A DNA stretch of 64,000 nt. Origin: Atractiella rhizophila. Its lineage: Eukaryota. The first letter of the stretch is position 1. The number at the start of each line of letters is the position of its first letter. The translations under genes were made by a program, and so were the position numbers. The stretch covers positions 1 through 64,000 of the forward strand of contig MU271201.1 of NCBI GenBank assembly GCA_021432655.1. The letters are read 5' to 3'. This document shows positions 1 to 14,237 of the stretch, piece by piece. The notes beneath the pieces were generated by a model that had not been told where the DNA came from, did not search any database, and saw nothing but the letters and a program-made list of their open reading frames with translations.

Positions 1-1584
1 GCTCACTCAGCTCAACAACACAACAGCTTCCTTGAGGCATTTATGGCGATCGTCATCGCGTCAACGGTTTGAAGAAGCGTGGAGGGATCTGTCGTCCGAA
101 AGCGAAAGAAAGCTGCGAGGCGAAAGGGAGCAGGCGGATCTGGTCTACCCAACCGAATCCATCGTCCAATTTCGTGCCTGGCCAGGTGAGGCGAACATGC
201 GATCCTGTGGATCGTTGTCGTGTGTCGTGATCGTGCTCCCATCCTTGTTTATCTCTTTCAAATGCATTACCGACCACCCGTTCATTCGCCTCTCCAGCCT
301 CGGCACCATGCTCCTTCCTTTCTTTCTTTTTTGAGAAGAGTTTCTCATTCCTGGAAAGGTGGACGTGGGTGGACATTCCGTGGGGGCTTATTCTCTCTTT
401 CTTCCTGTTGGGGATATGGTAGGTTTGAGCAATCCGGAGGCTTGGGCGGATCGATGAATCTGGAGAGATAAGCAATGGTTCTCTATCTGGAATCGCACGT
501 GTGGAGCTTCGGGTAAATGAGGAGAATTCTCACCATTCCATTGCATTCTGTGGACGAGTCTTTGCAAGATTTTGTGCAGGATTTCTTGGTTTTGGAGTGA
601 TTTTTATCGTCATTGTTTTAATAAGAGAGATGCAATGCCAGTTGAGAGGAGAATACAAAGGCGAATAAACGGAGTTATGCGGCGGTAAGCCGGATGGAGA
701 TAAGATGTGGATTTTGAACGTGCCGATATTTAGGGTTTATGAGAAGGGTCGGCGATTACGGCATGGACGAAATGTGCTCACACATGCAGTCGTTATAACC
801 CTGTAACCCTCTCGCGCCATCGTCTCCCTCTCCAGCACCGCGAACCAGCATCCCTGCTAGCGACCTCAGCCAACAGCCAGCCTACTCAAGAATCCAGCAA
901 GGACAAGGATTCACCTAATTCGTGCTCTCATTGTTACACCACAACAAGTGATCGAGGATCGTCTGTCGTACTAGTAAGTCGCTCCTTCTTGGGTCTTTCC
1001 GTTAGCGGGGCCTTGGGATTGGGCACATCCCTTAAAAGCGCGTCTCCTACTTTCTTCCCAAGAGTTGCCTATCTGCATCTTCCGAATTGGCTGGTTGCCA
1101 AGTACCCCAACAGTCCCAATATAAAGCGGACTTCATTACACTCTTTCTCCCCACATTTCCCCATTGTACCACTTTCGCGTATCATATTTGCACTCCTCAG
1201 AGCAATGGAGACAGTCAGGTCTTTGCGGTGAGCTGGAGATTTCATGGAATTTGCTGCTCCCTTCAAACTCGGCGACAGGTGGCTGGGATCAACCATCTAC
1301 CCAGCCTCGGGCTTTGCCTTCCACCTGTCTGGATGGAGACCGCCGAGGAATGCTTCATGAGGATTTGAACTAATCGAATGAGAAAATAATGAGAACAAGT
1401 GTCTTGAATCTCTTGCACTCTCATGTTCCTGACATCTCCGCATCTCAATATTTTTAAATTGCCTGAATCTATCCTTGTCTCCCAATGGCGTCATGTACTC
1501 ACTCTTTTTCCGTTTTCTTCCAGTCCCCCACTCTCGCTTTCGCTCAGTCGAAGTCGCTCAAAATCTTCCTCCGCCCTCGTTCGA

Positions 1585-4285
1585 ATGGCCGTTCAGACCC
1601 AAACTTTCCCCCCATTACCCAACACTGATTTCTCCATGTCGAACAATCAATCTCGATCCACTACTCCCCCTTCCACGAATGGACGGGAATCGAGTCGTCC
1701 ACCGTTGGTTGGATTAGGGAACTCGATAGAAAACAAGACGAATGTGAAGGCGAATGTTGCGGAGTCAGCTGGAGGAAGCTTGAAGGATTTGGCAGCGTTG
1801 ATTGGGCCGAAGGATGGCGCAGAAGCTGAGAAAAAGAAATCTGGAGGGTCCGCTAGTTCGAAAGAAGAGGAGAAAGAGGTCTTGCACGACAAGAGGACGT
1901 CTATTTTGAAAGGAGGAGTGGGATTGACGAAAGTCCCAAGTCGGCACCCCAGCGAATATCAAGGCCATCGAGAGTCCGACGTCTCTGTCATCTCGGAGAG
2001 CGACTCTTATCGACCTTCTCCACTCGGTTCGCCGTCCATCTTACAAAGAGACTTTCAGTCTGTGCCTCCGTCACCATCTCCGTCCAAATCCACCGAATTG
2101 TTGAACCCAAAAATACCGGCCGTTCAACTCCAACCTGCCTCCCCGGCGACGGGCACGGCGCCGCCAGCCCCTTTTAATGATAGCCTGAGGCGAAAAGATT
2201 TGGAATCCGTCTCGCAGACTTCTCTACATCTGCATTCGAAAAGTGGATCGTCCACCCCGCCACAGTTCATCTTCCCCAAAGTCCCGACTTCCCCATCCGC
2301 CTCCCGTCGAACGTCCTACCATAGTGGATCGAGTCCGATGTTAGGAGCACAGACAACGGGTCATCCGACTCCTACTCCGTCGAGACAGACGACGAAGCAT
2401 CATCATCACAGCCCTCTACATGATTTGAAGCGATTCCTCAACAACACCATGCACCACAGTCCGAAATCTTCCTCCCGCTCGCGCTCCGTTTCCCACGCTG
2501 GCACACCTCACAACATCACACCTCCGTCAGCTCCTCGAAGCAGCAATGCTTCAGCGAATGGTTCGCCCGATTACTCGGGACCTGGAACCCCTGCTTCTAG
2601 CCTTTCAAGAGACCCGTCACCTCCTCATTCCCATCAGACGCATCCTTCCAAGTATTCCCCTCCGTTAGGAAGCGATCATACGCACTTGCAGAAGAAGTAT
2701 GGCAAATGGGGAAAGGTCTTGGGAAGCGGTGCGGGTGGAACGGTCAGGTTGATCAAGCGAGGGAAGGATGGAACCGTCTTCGCTGTGAAGGAGTTCAGGG
2801 CGAGGAGAGGCGGTGAGAGTCAGAAGGACTATGTGAAGAAGGTGACCGGAGAATTTTGCAGTACGCTTTTCCCCTCATTGATATGGACATCCGCTCACCG
2901 CTACGTGACGCAGTCGGTTCTGCTTTGCATCACACTAATATTATTGAGACGCTGGACATCATCACCGACAATGATCACTACTACGAAGTGATGGAATACG
3001 CTGAATACGACCTCTTCTCCACAGTCATGTCTGGAAAGATGACGAGGAACGAAATCTATTGCGTCTTCCGTCAAATCGTAGCAGGCGTCGACTACCTTCA
3101 CTCCATGGGACTTGCTCATCGCGATCTCAAGCTCGACAACTGCGTCATGACCTCGAAGGCCGTGGTGAAAGTCATCGACTTTGGGACTGCAGCCGTGTTC
3201 AAGTACCCAGGAAATTCGAAGACGGTCAAAGCCTCCGGAATCGTCGGCAGTGATCCATACCTCGCTCCTGAGGTGTTAGCCGAGAAAGAATACGATCCTC
3301 GTCTCTCAGATGTCTGGAGCGTCGCCATCATTTTCATGTGCATGATTTTGAGGAGATTCCCTTGGAAGCTGCCGGATACGAAGACGGATGCGAGTTATAG
3401 ACTTTACGTTCAGTCCCATCCGGAATTGTGCATCCAAACCTCCGACTACTCCTACTGGTACGGAGACCTTGGAGGTTATGAAGGCACCTGTTCGTCAAGG
3501 AAGTAAAGGCTCAGAAGGAGATTCCATCATTTCCAATTCCTCCTCTAGAACGGATCTCTCGAGGGTATCCGAATTTGCGACAAAAGAGGCAGCCGGTCAT
3601 ATCGATTCAGGCTACGAGTCGTCTGCTGGGAGCACAATTGGCGATGCTAGCAAGAATCTTCACGCCTTGGAGAGAACGGAGAGTCCTGGACACATTGTCA
3701 TCGATCATTCGACGTTGTCGGAGTCGATCACCAACCAGACTACCGATACCAGCGTGAGCAAGACTTCGAGCGGTAGTGAGACCAAGTCGACCAAAGAAAG
3801 TCCAAGCACCCCGAAAATTGATCTCAAGGACCCACCACCCACGTCCCACCAGAACAGCTCTGGGACGTTGAAGAATCAAGCTGTGTCACCTTCCGCCACG
3901 CCGAATTCTCCCTCGAAATCTCCCCAAATCAAACAATCCGTCGGCTCTATCCGTACCTGCTAGTCTCCGTACCGATCGAGGGAGCGTCTCATCTCAGGCC
4001 ACTTGGAAGGTTGGCTCATCAGACTCCATTTTCGTCTCTTACCTCGCGAAACTCGAGAGTGTTTGAGCAGGATGTTGACTGTCGAAGTCAGCATGCGGAG
4101 CTACCCTTTCGGACCTGCTCCGTGGTGGAGAAGGGGAAGATGTAGACCCAAGTCGGAAAGACGACTGGTTGAGCGGCCTGAGAATGTGTGTTGGAGACAA
4201 GGGCAGTCAAGTCCAAATTGGCGATGCAGATTGGCACGATCACGTTAAATTTTCTGCTGAGCCTCCTAAAAAGGGGAAGAACTAG
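1585..4285 (+). CDS. HRK1: NPR/HAL-family Ser/Thr protein kinase (HRK1-like), with apparent indel frameshifts in the C-terminal part
   Basis: Long S/P-rich N-terminus followed by kinase motifs [36 protein letters not shown] and DVWS. Intron 2861-2913. The family tail DSIFRLLPRE..LSRML...[11 protein letters not shown] can only be rebuilt with frame changes near 3430, 3930, 4030 and 4098. Stop at 4283-4285. Confidence 0.85.
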
Positions 4286-4872
4286 AGTAACATGGCGGTC
4301 GCCGACGCACTTTTCTTACAATCAATTCATTATCCACTTTCTTCGACCCGCTCCCTCCATTTTCGACCACCATCTACAAGTTGTTTATTATCCCAAATTC
4401 TTCAACAGAATATGTCACAAAGTACATTTGCCCATACCTTGTATAGAAGAAATTGGTTGTTCCTTTCTGCCTCGACTTGTAGTTTCTATACTTCTGCTTC
4501 AGTTTCGTCTGGTTTCGTCGCATCTTTTATCGTCGAACGCTTTCAGTTGTGAGATAAACTTAATAGGGTATGCTTCTCCACTGTGTTTACAAAGCATCAA
4601 ACCCTTTTCATTGTTCTTTATTCCCATTCGAGCTCTCGCTCTAACCATACCTTCACCTTTGGAACTTTCAACATTTCTTTCAACTTTCAACTTTCACCTC
4701 GTGTCTTTCTCTCCCCTTCACTCACTGGGACCCATGACCACAAAATTGTGTGTATAATCACAGCCGGAGTAATAGATATTTAACAACAGCTATTTACGCA
4801 GTATTGACGTCCCCTAATACAAGAAAGAAAGACTAAATGTGGATTTGAACGAATAGAACGTGTCAGCACCTT

Positions 4873-7217
4873 TCAGATCTCAGTCCTCTTCGTGAGCCTC
4901 TTTGCAGGCGACTCTCCAGGTGGGCTGCCTGGTTGTGGTAAGCGTTCTTCGCGGAGATGAAGAGCTGGATAGAAGGGACAGCCGTTCAGGTTGTGGAGAG
5001 GCAAGTGTAGTAGCACGATGAAGCTTCGAGGTTATCCCTTGGACGCCGGAGGATTGAATGCGGACAGGGGTCTCTTCGGAGCTGGCGTTGGCGAGTCGTG
5101 GTAGAACGTACGAGAGGAAGGAGCAGGAGATGGTGACTGCCCCTGTTTAATCTTTTCTTCGAAAGCCTTGATCCTCTCCTCAAACCTGGACTGGTAGGCG
5201 ACCTGACTTTCACCTTTCGCTGCCTCGAGAGCTTGGACGGAGACGGTGTTTCCGCTTTGTTCTCTGGCTGCTTCGTCATTACCGACACAACTGCATCTTC
5301 GTCTTCTAAAATCATTTCCTCGCTTCCGGTTACCAGCGTTGCCCTAGATGGCGTCTTAAACAGAACTGACGAAGAGGTGATGCTGGGAGTCTTGACGTTA
5401 GTTACTGAAGATACGGTAGAGTATATAGCAGGTGGATGGGAAAGTTTGGCCCTTTTGGCCGGCGAGTCAAATATGGGATCCAGTGGTGATTTGGGTGGCG
5501 AATATCTCCCACGACGCATTATCTTTGTCTTCTTAGGCAATGCGGTGTACGTATCCTTCTGTACCTCCTCCTTTTCTCCGTCGCACTCAAAGATGAGATC
5601 CGCGATACCCGTTAAACTGAGCATTTCGCGTCCGAGGTCCAACTCGTTAGAGTCCAAATAGTCAGAGATTCCCTTCGCCCCTTGTTTGGTCGGCGATTCC
5701 TCGAAGAAAAGGTCAGGTTGGAGTTCTGGGCTGAGAAGTGTGGCAGGAGGGCTCTGAATAATCGCATGATCGTCTCCTTTCTTCGAAAACTTTGAATCAG
5801 GGCTTAAAAGAGTTACTTTCGCCACTGGAATGTTGAACGGCCTCTTCGGGGATTCATTGAGGTGAAAAAGAATAGAAGGGAGGGTATCAGGCATTCCTTC
5901 GAGTTCGGATGCATCGGCCGACGTGGTCGTTTTCACCTCGTTAGATTGAGCTTCCGGGATGAGCCATTCCTCGTCTCCACCTTTCTCCAATCCAAGATGT
6001 CCCTTCCAAGTTGCTCCCCAATCCTTTAGCTTCTTCCCGACATTTACACCCCTCTGAGACGCAAAACCTGCTAGATCACGAACCCTCGCTCCGAAATCTA
6101 AGCTTTCTCTCCCTCCGACTTCTCTCTCACGATGGCGGTCTTTAATCTCCCTCATCTTTTTCTGAGAAACGATTGGTTGATATCCTGTTCTAGCAGCAGA
6201 GAGAATGTGATCGAGATAGGTGTCCAGGTGCTCTTCTGCTGGATCGAGAACGGGCTTCGACGATGCGGGTTGGGTTTGGGAATGAGACTGGAGAGACGCG
6301 TCAGGAGATTTGCTGCTCGGTTTCCTCAACAGGGAATCATGAGACCTCGATGATCCGGAACCATGAAACGCCTTCTTCACCCGCACCTTCTTCGACGACG
6401 CTATTCGCTCTAGATCCTTCTCAAGACAATCATCTCTCTCCGTAGGGTCCCCACTACTCTTCTGCCCATTCTTCTTCCCAATCCTCTTCCAGCCCTCTCT
6501 ACTGATCTTCCCCCATCCCCAACCCCTATGCTCATCATCACTGTCAACGTATCCCTCACCAAAGCCTTCCATTTGCACCTGCTCCCCTCCAAAACCCGTC
6601 AACACCGGCGTGTCTCCTCCCTTCCAACCTCTCAGGAAGACCCATCCCTTCTCATTCGTATCCCCACCATCCTTGTCCTCCGACTCCGTACCATCAACCA
6701 CATTGACCTCAGTGACGCTATCTACTTCCCACCTCTCGCCCGAATGTTCACGCGTTCTTATGAGCCTTTCATGTCGGGTTGATTTCCAGGTAAGATAGTG
6801 CCATTTCCAGGAAAACTTCCAACGGCGATAGAGGGCGAGGAGAAGTGCGAGGAGGAAGAAGGTCGGTAGGATGACGTAGAGAGGTATGAGCAGGTTCTTG
6901 AACTCTGGATCATGGCTTGTCTTCGTTGTCTCCTCCGGGACGGGGAGGGAATCCGTCACTGAGACTGCGATCGTCGCTTCCGTAGTGGTAGGAATTTGGG
7001 AGACAAGAGGAGCGGTTGGTGTATCGTCTGTGGTGGGGATGGAGTCCAGTGGATCGTCTGGGTCGGCAGTTGGAGTGGCTATTGGAATAGGAGAGAGTGT
7101 AGGAGTTGGTGCAGCAGACGGGAGGCTCGGCGTGTTGGTGTTCGCAGCTTGAGACAGGCCAGAATAGATGGAGTAAATCGTGAACCCGAACGAGTCGTAT
7201 TGGCGTTTTTTCGCCAC
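4873..7217 (-). CDS. Hypothetical single-pass membrane protein (T/P/S-rich ectodomain, one TM, long disordered cytoplasmic tail)
   Basis: 743-aa ORF with hydrophobic LLIPLYVILPTFFLLALLLALY followed by RRWK. The true start is probably in an upstream exon (a signal-like MNLGPFFVLISL lies near 7372). The C-terminus appears frameshifted, so both ends are approximate. Confidence 0.65.
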
Positions 7218-8160
7218 TCCTGTCCAATCATGAAGTAGTCAGCGTTGGGTTGCTTAGCAATTGATCATTCTTAAGAAGTGTTGAAGAGTAGTCATTTATT
7301 CAAGGTTTCTCAGATGCTTGCTCGACAAAATGTTACCAACGAGATAAGGACGAAGAAGGGCCCCAAGTTCATCAGGACACATGTAGAAAAGTGAGAGAGC
7401 GTGATCTGGTGGAGTATGAAATGAACGTTCATCCAAAAGAACACATTGCCGTTTTGAGAAGATGAAATGTGGCTTCGAAGGGGCATCGAGCTATTGGACG
7501 GTGACAATTAAACATTGATGAAGGACGCCTCCTCCCTGGCAAGTCAATCGTTCAGATAAACAATCGCGGAGCCAAAGTCTCTGAGTTGATGAATATATAG
7601 ACACTTTTCGTCAGAAGCCTTGTGCATTTCGGTCTCCGTTCAGAGGATATAGAAAAGAAAATAAACAACAGAAGAACGACGTACTCTCGAGTGCCATTAC
7701 AAAGCAGCAATATCACACCCGTCCTTCACACCAGCTGCTCGTAATCGCAACTGAAAGTGTCCAAGCGAGTAAACGAGTGTGCGGTTAGAGAGTGTCAGAC
7801 GTCGTCGTTTCTTTCGTTTCAGTGAGAGACATCTTCTGAGCTTCGAGTACATCTTCATTCCCGCTCTGTGATGGTATGGGAAAAGCGGGAAAGGGGCTAT
7901 CGAACAAGAATCCCGTGGATTTGGTTGGCTGAGTTGCTTCCGATTTAGGTTCGGGTTGATAATCCGAATCCCAAAGCGTAGAAAGATTAGGTTTGTTCAT
8001 ATTCGACCTCTTGCATCACTTTTCTATCCAGTTTCAAGTGTTTAAGTCCACCTGAGCCTTGAGGCAGCTCGACACTCAAGCCACGAGAGTGCACAAACCT
8101 CACCTCATTTTCTGGGCGGAAAGGGAGGTCTTTAGATTCATCTAGGCCGACTGAAGCAAG

Positions 8161-11100
8161 ATGTGGATCGTAACATTCCCCCTTTACCTCCTACTCTCCC
8201 TATCCCGCATCCTCTCCTCGATAGTCTTCAAGATCCTCCACTACTCTTTCACCTTCACCTACCGTCTCACATTCCCACGACTCCTGTTACTGTTCATCAT
8301 CCTCGTATCTTTCACCTTCACCTACCGTCTCACATTCCCACGACTCCTGTTACTGTTCATCATCCTCGTCACCGTGGGCACCTATTGGTTCAAGATCAAG
8401 TATCTCAACAAGTATACGGAGCTCAAGGAGAAGCCTCTGGAGAAGGGAGAGGGATTTGATTTACATCCTGATGCGGTTGGAGGAGAGGAATGGAGAGGTG
8501 GTGTGGAGGGATTAAGGGGCTATTTGGACGAGTTTCGTGAGTTTTCGTCACTTTGTTGCTGTGGATGGAACAGGTGTGAGACGAAGGTTAAAAAACAAAT
8601 GTGCAGCAGCCACATGATGGTGCGAGGATAACATTTGTTACCATAAAGAAGCAGATGCTAAAGCTCTATTCACAATCTCAGCCTTGTTTAGCTCGCAACC
8701 AGAGGAAGCTGTGTTGTAACGGTCCTAATTATGTATCCCAGGAAATACTAGCTTGCCCTGCGTCAAGTTGGAAAGAATGAACTTTCAGCCAAGAGCAATG
8801 GTATGATATCTAACACATGCCGACACACCGTCGAGTGCTCAGATTGGCTCATTATGTGTGAAATGAGGAAAGCTAGAGTGAAAGAAATGATTCTGGTCTT
8901 TCAAAACTCTTTTTGGCGTTCTACCTCGTAGACGTCCATGAGTGGTCCGTCGCTATTGTGGTTTGTCTGGAAGCTCTTGTGCGATGTCCTGCGTGTGTTT
9001 CGTCAATAATATGCAGTTTGCTTCTTCACATTTTGGATCGTGCTCTAAGTGACCATCATGTCTCAATCTTTCACCTGCTGGATTCCTTGCATAACTGAAA
9101 GATTTCGCTGTCTTCCACGTTGTTATTTTCAGAAGGCGACAAAAACGTTTTCAGAAAATCTTTCACTGGAGAGGCCAGATGGCCTTGACCAGAGGATAGT
9201 TCAACCACTTCTCTTCAGTTTTCCCCGCTTCGGTTTTGCTGATCATTATCTGTGTTACAGTATCAGCAATCCGTGTCTTCGGTTACCTAGAGAAACCAGT
9301 AAATACCTCCTTTGCATTTGAGCCATAGCTGAACTCTTTGCAGGTGTTTCACGAGCTGGCACGTCATCTTCAAACACGTCGGCTTGTTGCTGGCGATACG
9401 CTCTCGTTGGACAGCGACAAATCATTCTACATCGTCGTCGACGGGAATGTCCAAGTTTTCGCACAGACTGACTTGACTGGATCTCAGAGCGTGAATCCAT
9501 TTGATGACGAAGAAGAGGGTAATGGGTTTCAGCTTATCAACGAAGTAAAGAGCGGGGGAACACTCAGCTCCTTGTTCACTATTTTGTCCCTTTTCACTGA
9601 AGAGGTCAAGTTGAGGTATGATGAGGACTACGATCACTTCGGATCTGGAGACCCCCAGTGGAGAAGAAGGTCGGCGGCTGACGCTGAAGATGTAATCGAG
9701 ATGGCGAGGAGGAGAGAGAGAGCCAATTCGGAGGGATTCAATACCCATCCGCCACATCGATCAGCAGCGAGTCCATTGCACAACAGACGACGCTCCAAAA
9801 GAGAAGGTCTAAACGGTGACGTCGTACCCATGCATCTCGACGGTTCGAAAACCTCACCACCTTCCCCCTCATCTCTCCTTCTGCCCCCTAACCTTCGTTA
9901 CCACACTAAGCCCTCTCCGCTTCATCAAGTGAAGAACAAATCTTCCCTCTCTTCTCTAGCGTCAGATGAAACTGCCATCCCAGGTGGACCGTTCAACATT
10001 GTCCCTCCAGAGTCTGAGAACCGGGATGAAGCGGCCAATGCCGTAGCATCTGACCCTCCAACGCCGGGAAGAACGCATTCGGCACCGTCGACAAGAAGGG
10101 AGTCGAATGGGGGATATGAGAGGATGGAGAGGAGGTATGAACATAGGAAGGAGGCGACGATCGCTCGCGCAACCGTAGATACCACTCTCGCCGTTATTCC
10201 GGCTGAGGCCTTTAGAAGGCTCACGAAAAAGTTCCCAAATGCGTCTGCGCACATTGTCCAAGGTTCGCCCACACTTCTTTTGACATCGAAATGCTGAAAA
10301 AAGGTTTCGTGACGTAGTCATTCTTACCCGACTTCAGCGCGTTACCTTCTTAACGGCTCATAAGTACCTGGGATTGACGAAAGAGGTCATCCGTGCGGAG
10401 AAAGCCATCAACGAATTAGCGTGTTATCCTTTACCTGATAGCTTCTACGAATCTGGAGGTCTTCAAAGGTTACGGCAACGGTTCCTTCCGGAGAAAAGAG
10501 GGATAGATAAAGGGCATAAGGAGTCTAAGGACGACTACTTCGCTCTTGGCCTCAGCGTTACCACTCCCTATGAACGCCCGGAGCTGGGAATGCCGATGTG
10601 GGAGTCAGTTAGACCATCTGAAGCGTTCAAACTTCGACCTCGAGGATCAATACCACCTTCTGCCAAGTCTAGCAGGCTCAGTTCGTCTTCTGCTTCGTCT
10701 CCTGAAACGAAGAAGGCGAGGCTGCGCAATGCAAGCAGCGTGACCTCGATGTCACACATTTCTGGAGAGAGAGAGGTTGCGTCTCCGGCCAGCTATTCGG
10801 AATCGAAATCGCGACCTGGAATGGGGACCAGCCGAAGGTCTACCGTGAATTTTGGGAGCGTAGCAGCGTTGGATATCGACTTGCGCCAGAACATCATGGA
10901 ATGCATCTCAAAGTCTATAGGTCTTTTTCAGAGCCCGATCAGTCCTCCGCCATCTGTGGACGGATCTCCTAACCTAGCACCTATGGATAGTTCCCCGTTT
11001 CAGCGCGCCATGTTCAACTCCAGCTTCGGCTCTCTTTCCTTCCTCGGCAATCAAGCGTTCGATGAAGAGTCAACGATGACCGGTTCTTCGATGGCTGGCA

Positions 11101-14100
11101 TGACCCCGCCAGAATTGGAGAACGAGATCGAAATTCTCTTTTTTCCCCAAGACAGCGTCCTCGTAAAAGCAGGAGAACGATCAGGACTCTACTTTGTCAT
11201 CGATGGCCTCATTGACATATCGATAGCGGAGGACGAGATTGCCAGTAACATCAAAAAAGAAACCTTCACTCCTTCCAGGCCTACAGTTCCTCTGCCCTCT
11301 CAAGCTGCCTCAAGGCGAAGCACCATGAGGCGCAACGATCCTAATCGAACAGCAACTCTTCGTCAAGCAACATGGGCTTCCACCGATGACGAAGACGACG
11401 AACCACCAATCGCGAAGCCAGAGAAACCTAAACCTCTCTTCAGCGTCAAGCCTGGAGGTATTGCTGGGTATCTCTCGAGTCTTTCAGGATTTCCCAGCTA
11501 TGTGGATATAACGGCGAGGACAGACGCTTACGTTGGGCACCTACCCTTGAGTTCTCTGGAGAAGATCATGGATCGACAACCTATTGTCCTACTTACACTT
11601 GCGAAGAGATTGATCAGTTTGCTTTCACCATTAGGTAAGGCAAATGGTTGTTTGGCTGTCTGTACTCATTTGTTTCAGTTCTTCATATCGATTCTGCGCT
11701 TGACTGGGTACAAGTCAATGCCGGTCAAGTACGTGAAGCACGATTTTGAGTGAATTGATCTGATTGCTGTTTTGGGTCAGGTACTGTATCGGCAGGGGGA
11801 GAAAGCAGATTCTTTCTACGTTGTTATAAACGGACGTTTACGATCTATTGAAGAGAAGAAGGACGGCGGCGTAGAAATTCTTGGGGAGTACGGTGTTGGT
11901 GAAAGCGTAGGAGAACTCGACTGTATTACGGCCAGCGAACGACCATCTACCCTGCACGCTATTCGAGACTCTGAACTGGCAAGGATGCCGATGACACTTT
12001 TCAACGCCATTTCTGTTCGCCATCCTGCTGTGACCGTCCAGATTACCCGAATCATCGCCTCTCGCGTGCGATCTGAGATTGAATTGAAGAGGAAAGGGCT
12101 CGACAACCTTAAAGACGCAGGTTATGGAAAACCCAATGTCAACCTGAAGGTGCGTACTGAACCTCAGCGTTTCAGGTCGCTGAAATGAGGTCAGACCGTT
12201 GCCCTCGTTCCTGCAAACCGCCACGTTCCTGTTGCTGAGTTCGCCCACCGCTTGCTGACTGCTTTGGAAGACATCGGAGCGCCAACAGCGTACCTGAACC
12301 AAGCAACAGTGATGACGGTGATGGGAAAGCACGCCTTCCGGCCTATGGGCAAGCTGAAGTTAGCAGGTTGGCTTTCTGAGACGGAAGCCAGATCGCGGAT
12401 GGTACTCTATGTCGCTGATTCGCCTGTCAATTCTCCCTGGACTCAAACTTGCATTCGTCAAGTTTGTAACTCCTTGACATCTGAATTACTCTAACGATGC
12501 CCCAGGCTGACTGCGTCTTCGTCATCGCTGATGCTACACGAGAGCCTGAGCTCGGTGAATATGAGAAGTTTCTAGTCACCATGAAGACCACAGCTCGCAA
12601 AGAACTAGTTCTCCTGCATCCTGAACGAGAAGTGTTACCAGGATCGACACGTCTTTGGCTGAAGGTATGCTCGATGGTTTGTAGCGCTTCACTTCCCTAA
12701 ACTGTCTTTGGGCTAGAACCGACCCTGGATCCACGCTCATCACCATGTTGAGATGCCAAGCAGCCGATTGCATCAAGCGCATAACCTACATCCGGATACG
12801 ACCCAGCAGTTGCCAGCGCTCCGAAATCTACGGGCTAAGGTTCAGTCTCGAATCAACAAGTTTCAAGGCATCGAGCCTCCTTCGGTTACAAACTCCCTAC
12901 CCCCTCACATGAGCGACTTCGCTCGTCTTGCCAGGAGACTATGTGGGAAGTCCATCGGATTGGTATTGGGTGGAGGAGGTGCAAGAGGAATAGCTCATAT
13001 GGGTGTTTTAAAAGCACTGAGCGAAAGGAATATCCCCGTTGATCTGGTAACCTTAATCCACTTCTGACCCGTCCTGATGCTAAATCCCTGACAGGTAGGA
13101 GGCACAAGTATCGGCGCTTTTGTTGGAGGCCTCTATGCGCGCAATGGACATCTACTCTCAACACACGGCAGACTCAAGCGATTCTCTGGGAGGATGTCTA
13201 CGTTGTGGAGAATACTGACTGACGTGACCTACCCCTTTACAGCGTACACAACTGGTAAAGTCCCTTACAGCATTTACTAGGAGATGTAGCATGACTGTTA
13301 GAGCAGGACACGAGTTTAATCGTGGAATATACAAGGAGTTTTATGACGTTCAAATAGAGGTGAGCTCGTCTCGTGACTTACGGGGGCATATTCACTAACC
13401 CACTGAGAAGGACATGTGGATCCCCTACTTCTGCAATACTACAAACATCACCTGGTCTAGAATGCAGATTCATACTAGGTGCGCTTCGTCACTGCATCAT
13501 CTGTCGAGTTAATCCCGTTTCTCAGTGGTTACGCGTGGCGCTACATTCGAGCCTCGATGTCATTGGCAGGCATGCTTCCTCCGCTATGCTCTGAAGGAAA
13601 CATGCTGGTCGATGGAGGCTACGTTGACAATTTGCCTGTTTGCTTTCTATTCCTTCTCTTTCACATCTGAATACTTGAATGAAGGTTGCAACAATGCTAT
13701 CCAAAGGCGCTCAATCTATATTTGCGGTAGACGTGGGGTCGATCGATGACACATCACCTAGGGAGTACGGCGAAACAGTTTCGGGGTGGTGGATACTTCT
13801 GAACCGCTGGAATCCTTGGAGTCAAACGAGACAGATTCCAAGTTTGACGGAAATTCAAGCTAGGCTGACGTAGTGCGTCCTGTTCATGATTTGAGACCTC
13901 AGGCCGCAGATCTAATATGGGGTTTTGTTTTCTCAGCGTATCGAGCGTGAAAACGCTCGAAGAAGCGAAAGTGACACCCGGAGTGTTGTACATGCGAATG
14001 CCTGTGCGTCTTACTCACTCTTGCACACCACCGAGACTGAAAGTGCGAGAATAGGTGACAAACTTTGGAACACTCGAGTTCAAGCGCTTCCAAGAAATCC

Positions 14101-14237
14101 ATGACATTGGTTATTCGGCGACTAGGGAGATGTTTGACGAATGGGAAAAGGAAGGTAAACTCCCTGATGGGTTAGCGAGCGAGGCAGGGAAGAGGGAGGG
14201 AAAGAGAGGGAAGAGTGTTAGACGGAATTCTATCTGA
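8161..14237 (+). CDS. NTE1: Lysophospholipase NTE1 (cNMP-binding domains + patatin domain)
   Basis: Exons splice to [32 protein letters not shown]. Contains cNMP-like repeats, patatin GGGGARG, GTSIG nucleophile motif and DGG, and C-terminal RRNSI. About 15 GT-AG introns. Confidence 0.95.
8245..8369 (+). repeat. Perfect 63-bp tandem duplication within NTE1 exon 1
   Basis: TCTTTCACCTTCACC...CATCCTCGT at 8245 and 8308, which duplicates the peptide [21 protein letters not shown]. Confidence 0.95.

Noticed and set aside
1..670. Possible gene at the window start (plus-strand exon, or minus-strand MTIK..EILHKIL F-box-like start)
   Set aside because: Strand and frame cannot be resolved. It needs several frameshifts and no family is recognisable.
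731..812. TTAGGGTTT / TAACCCT telomere-like motifs
   Set aside because: Isolated copies, not an array. At most promoter telobox-like sites.
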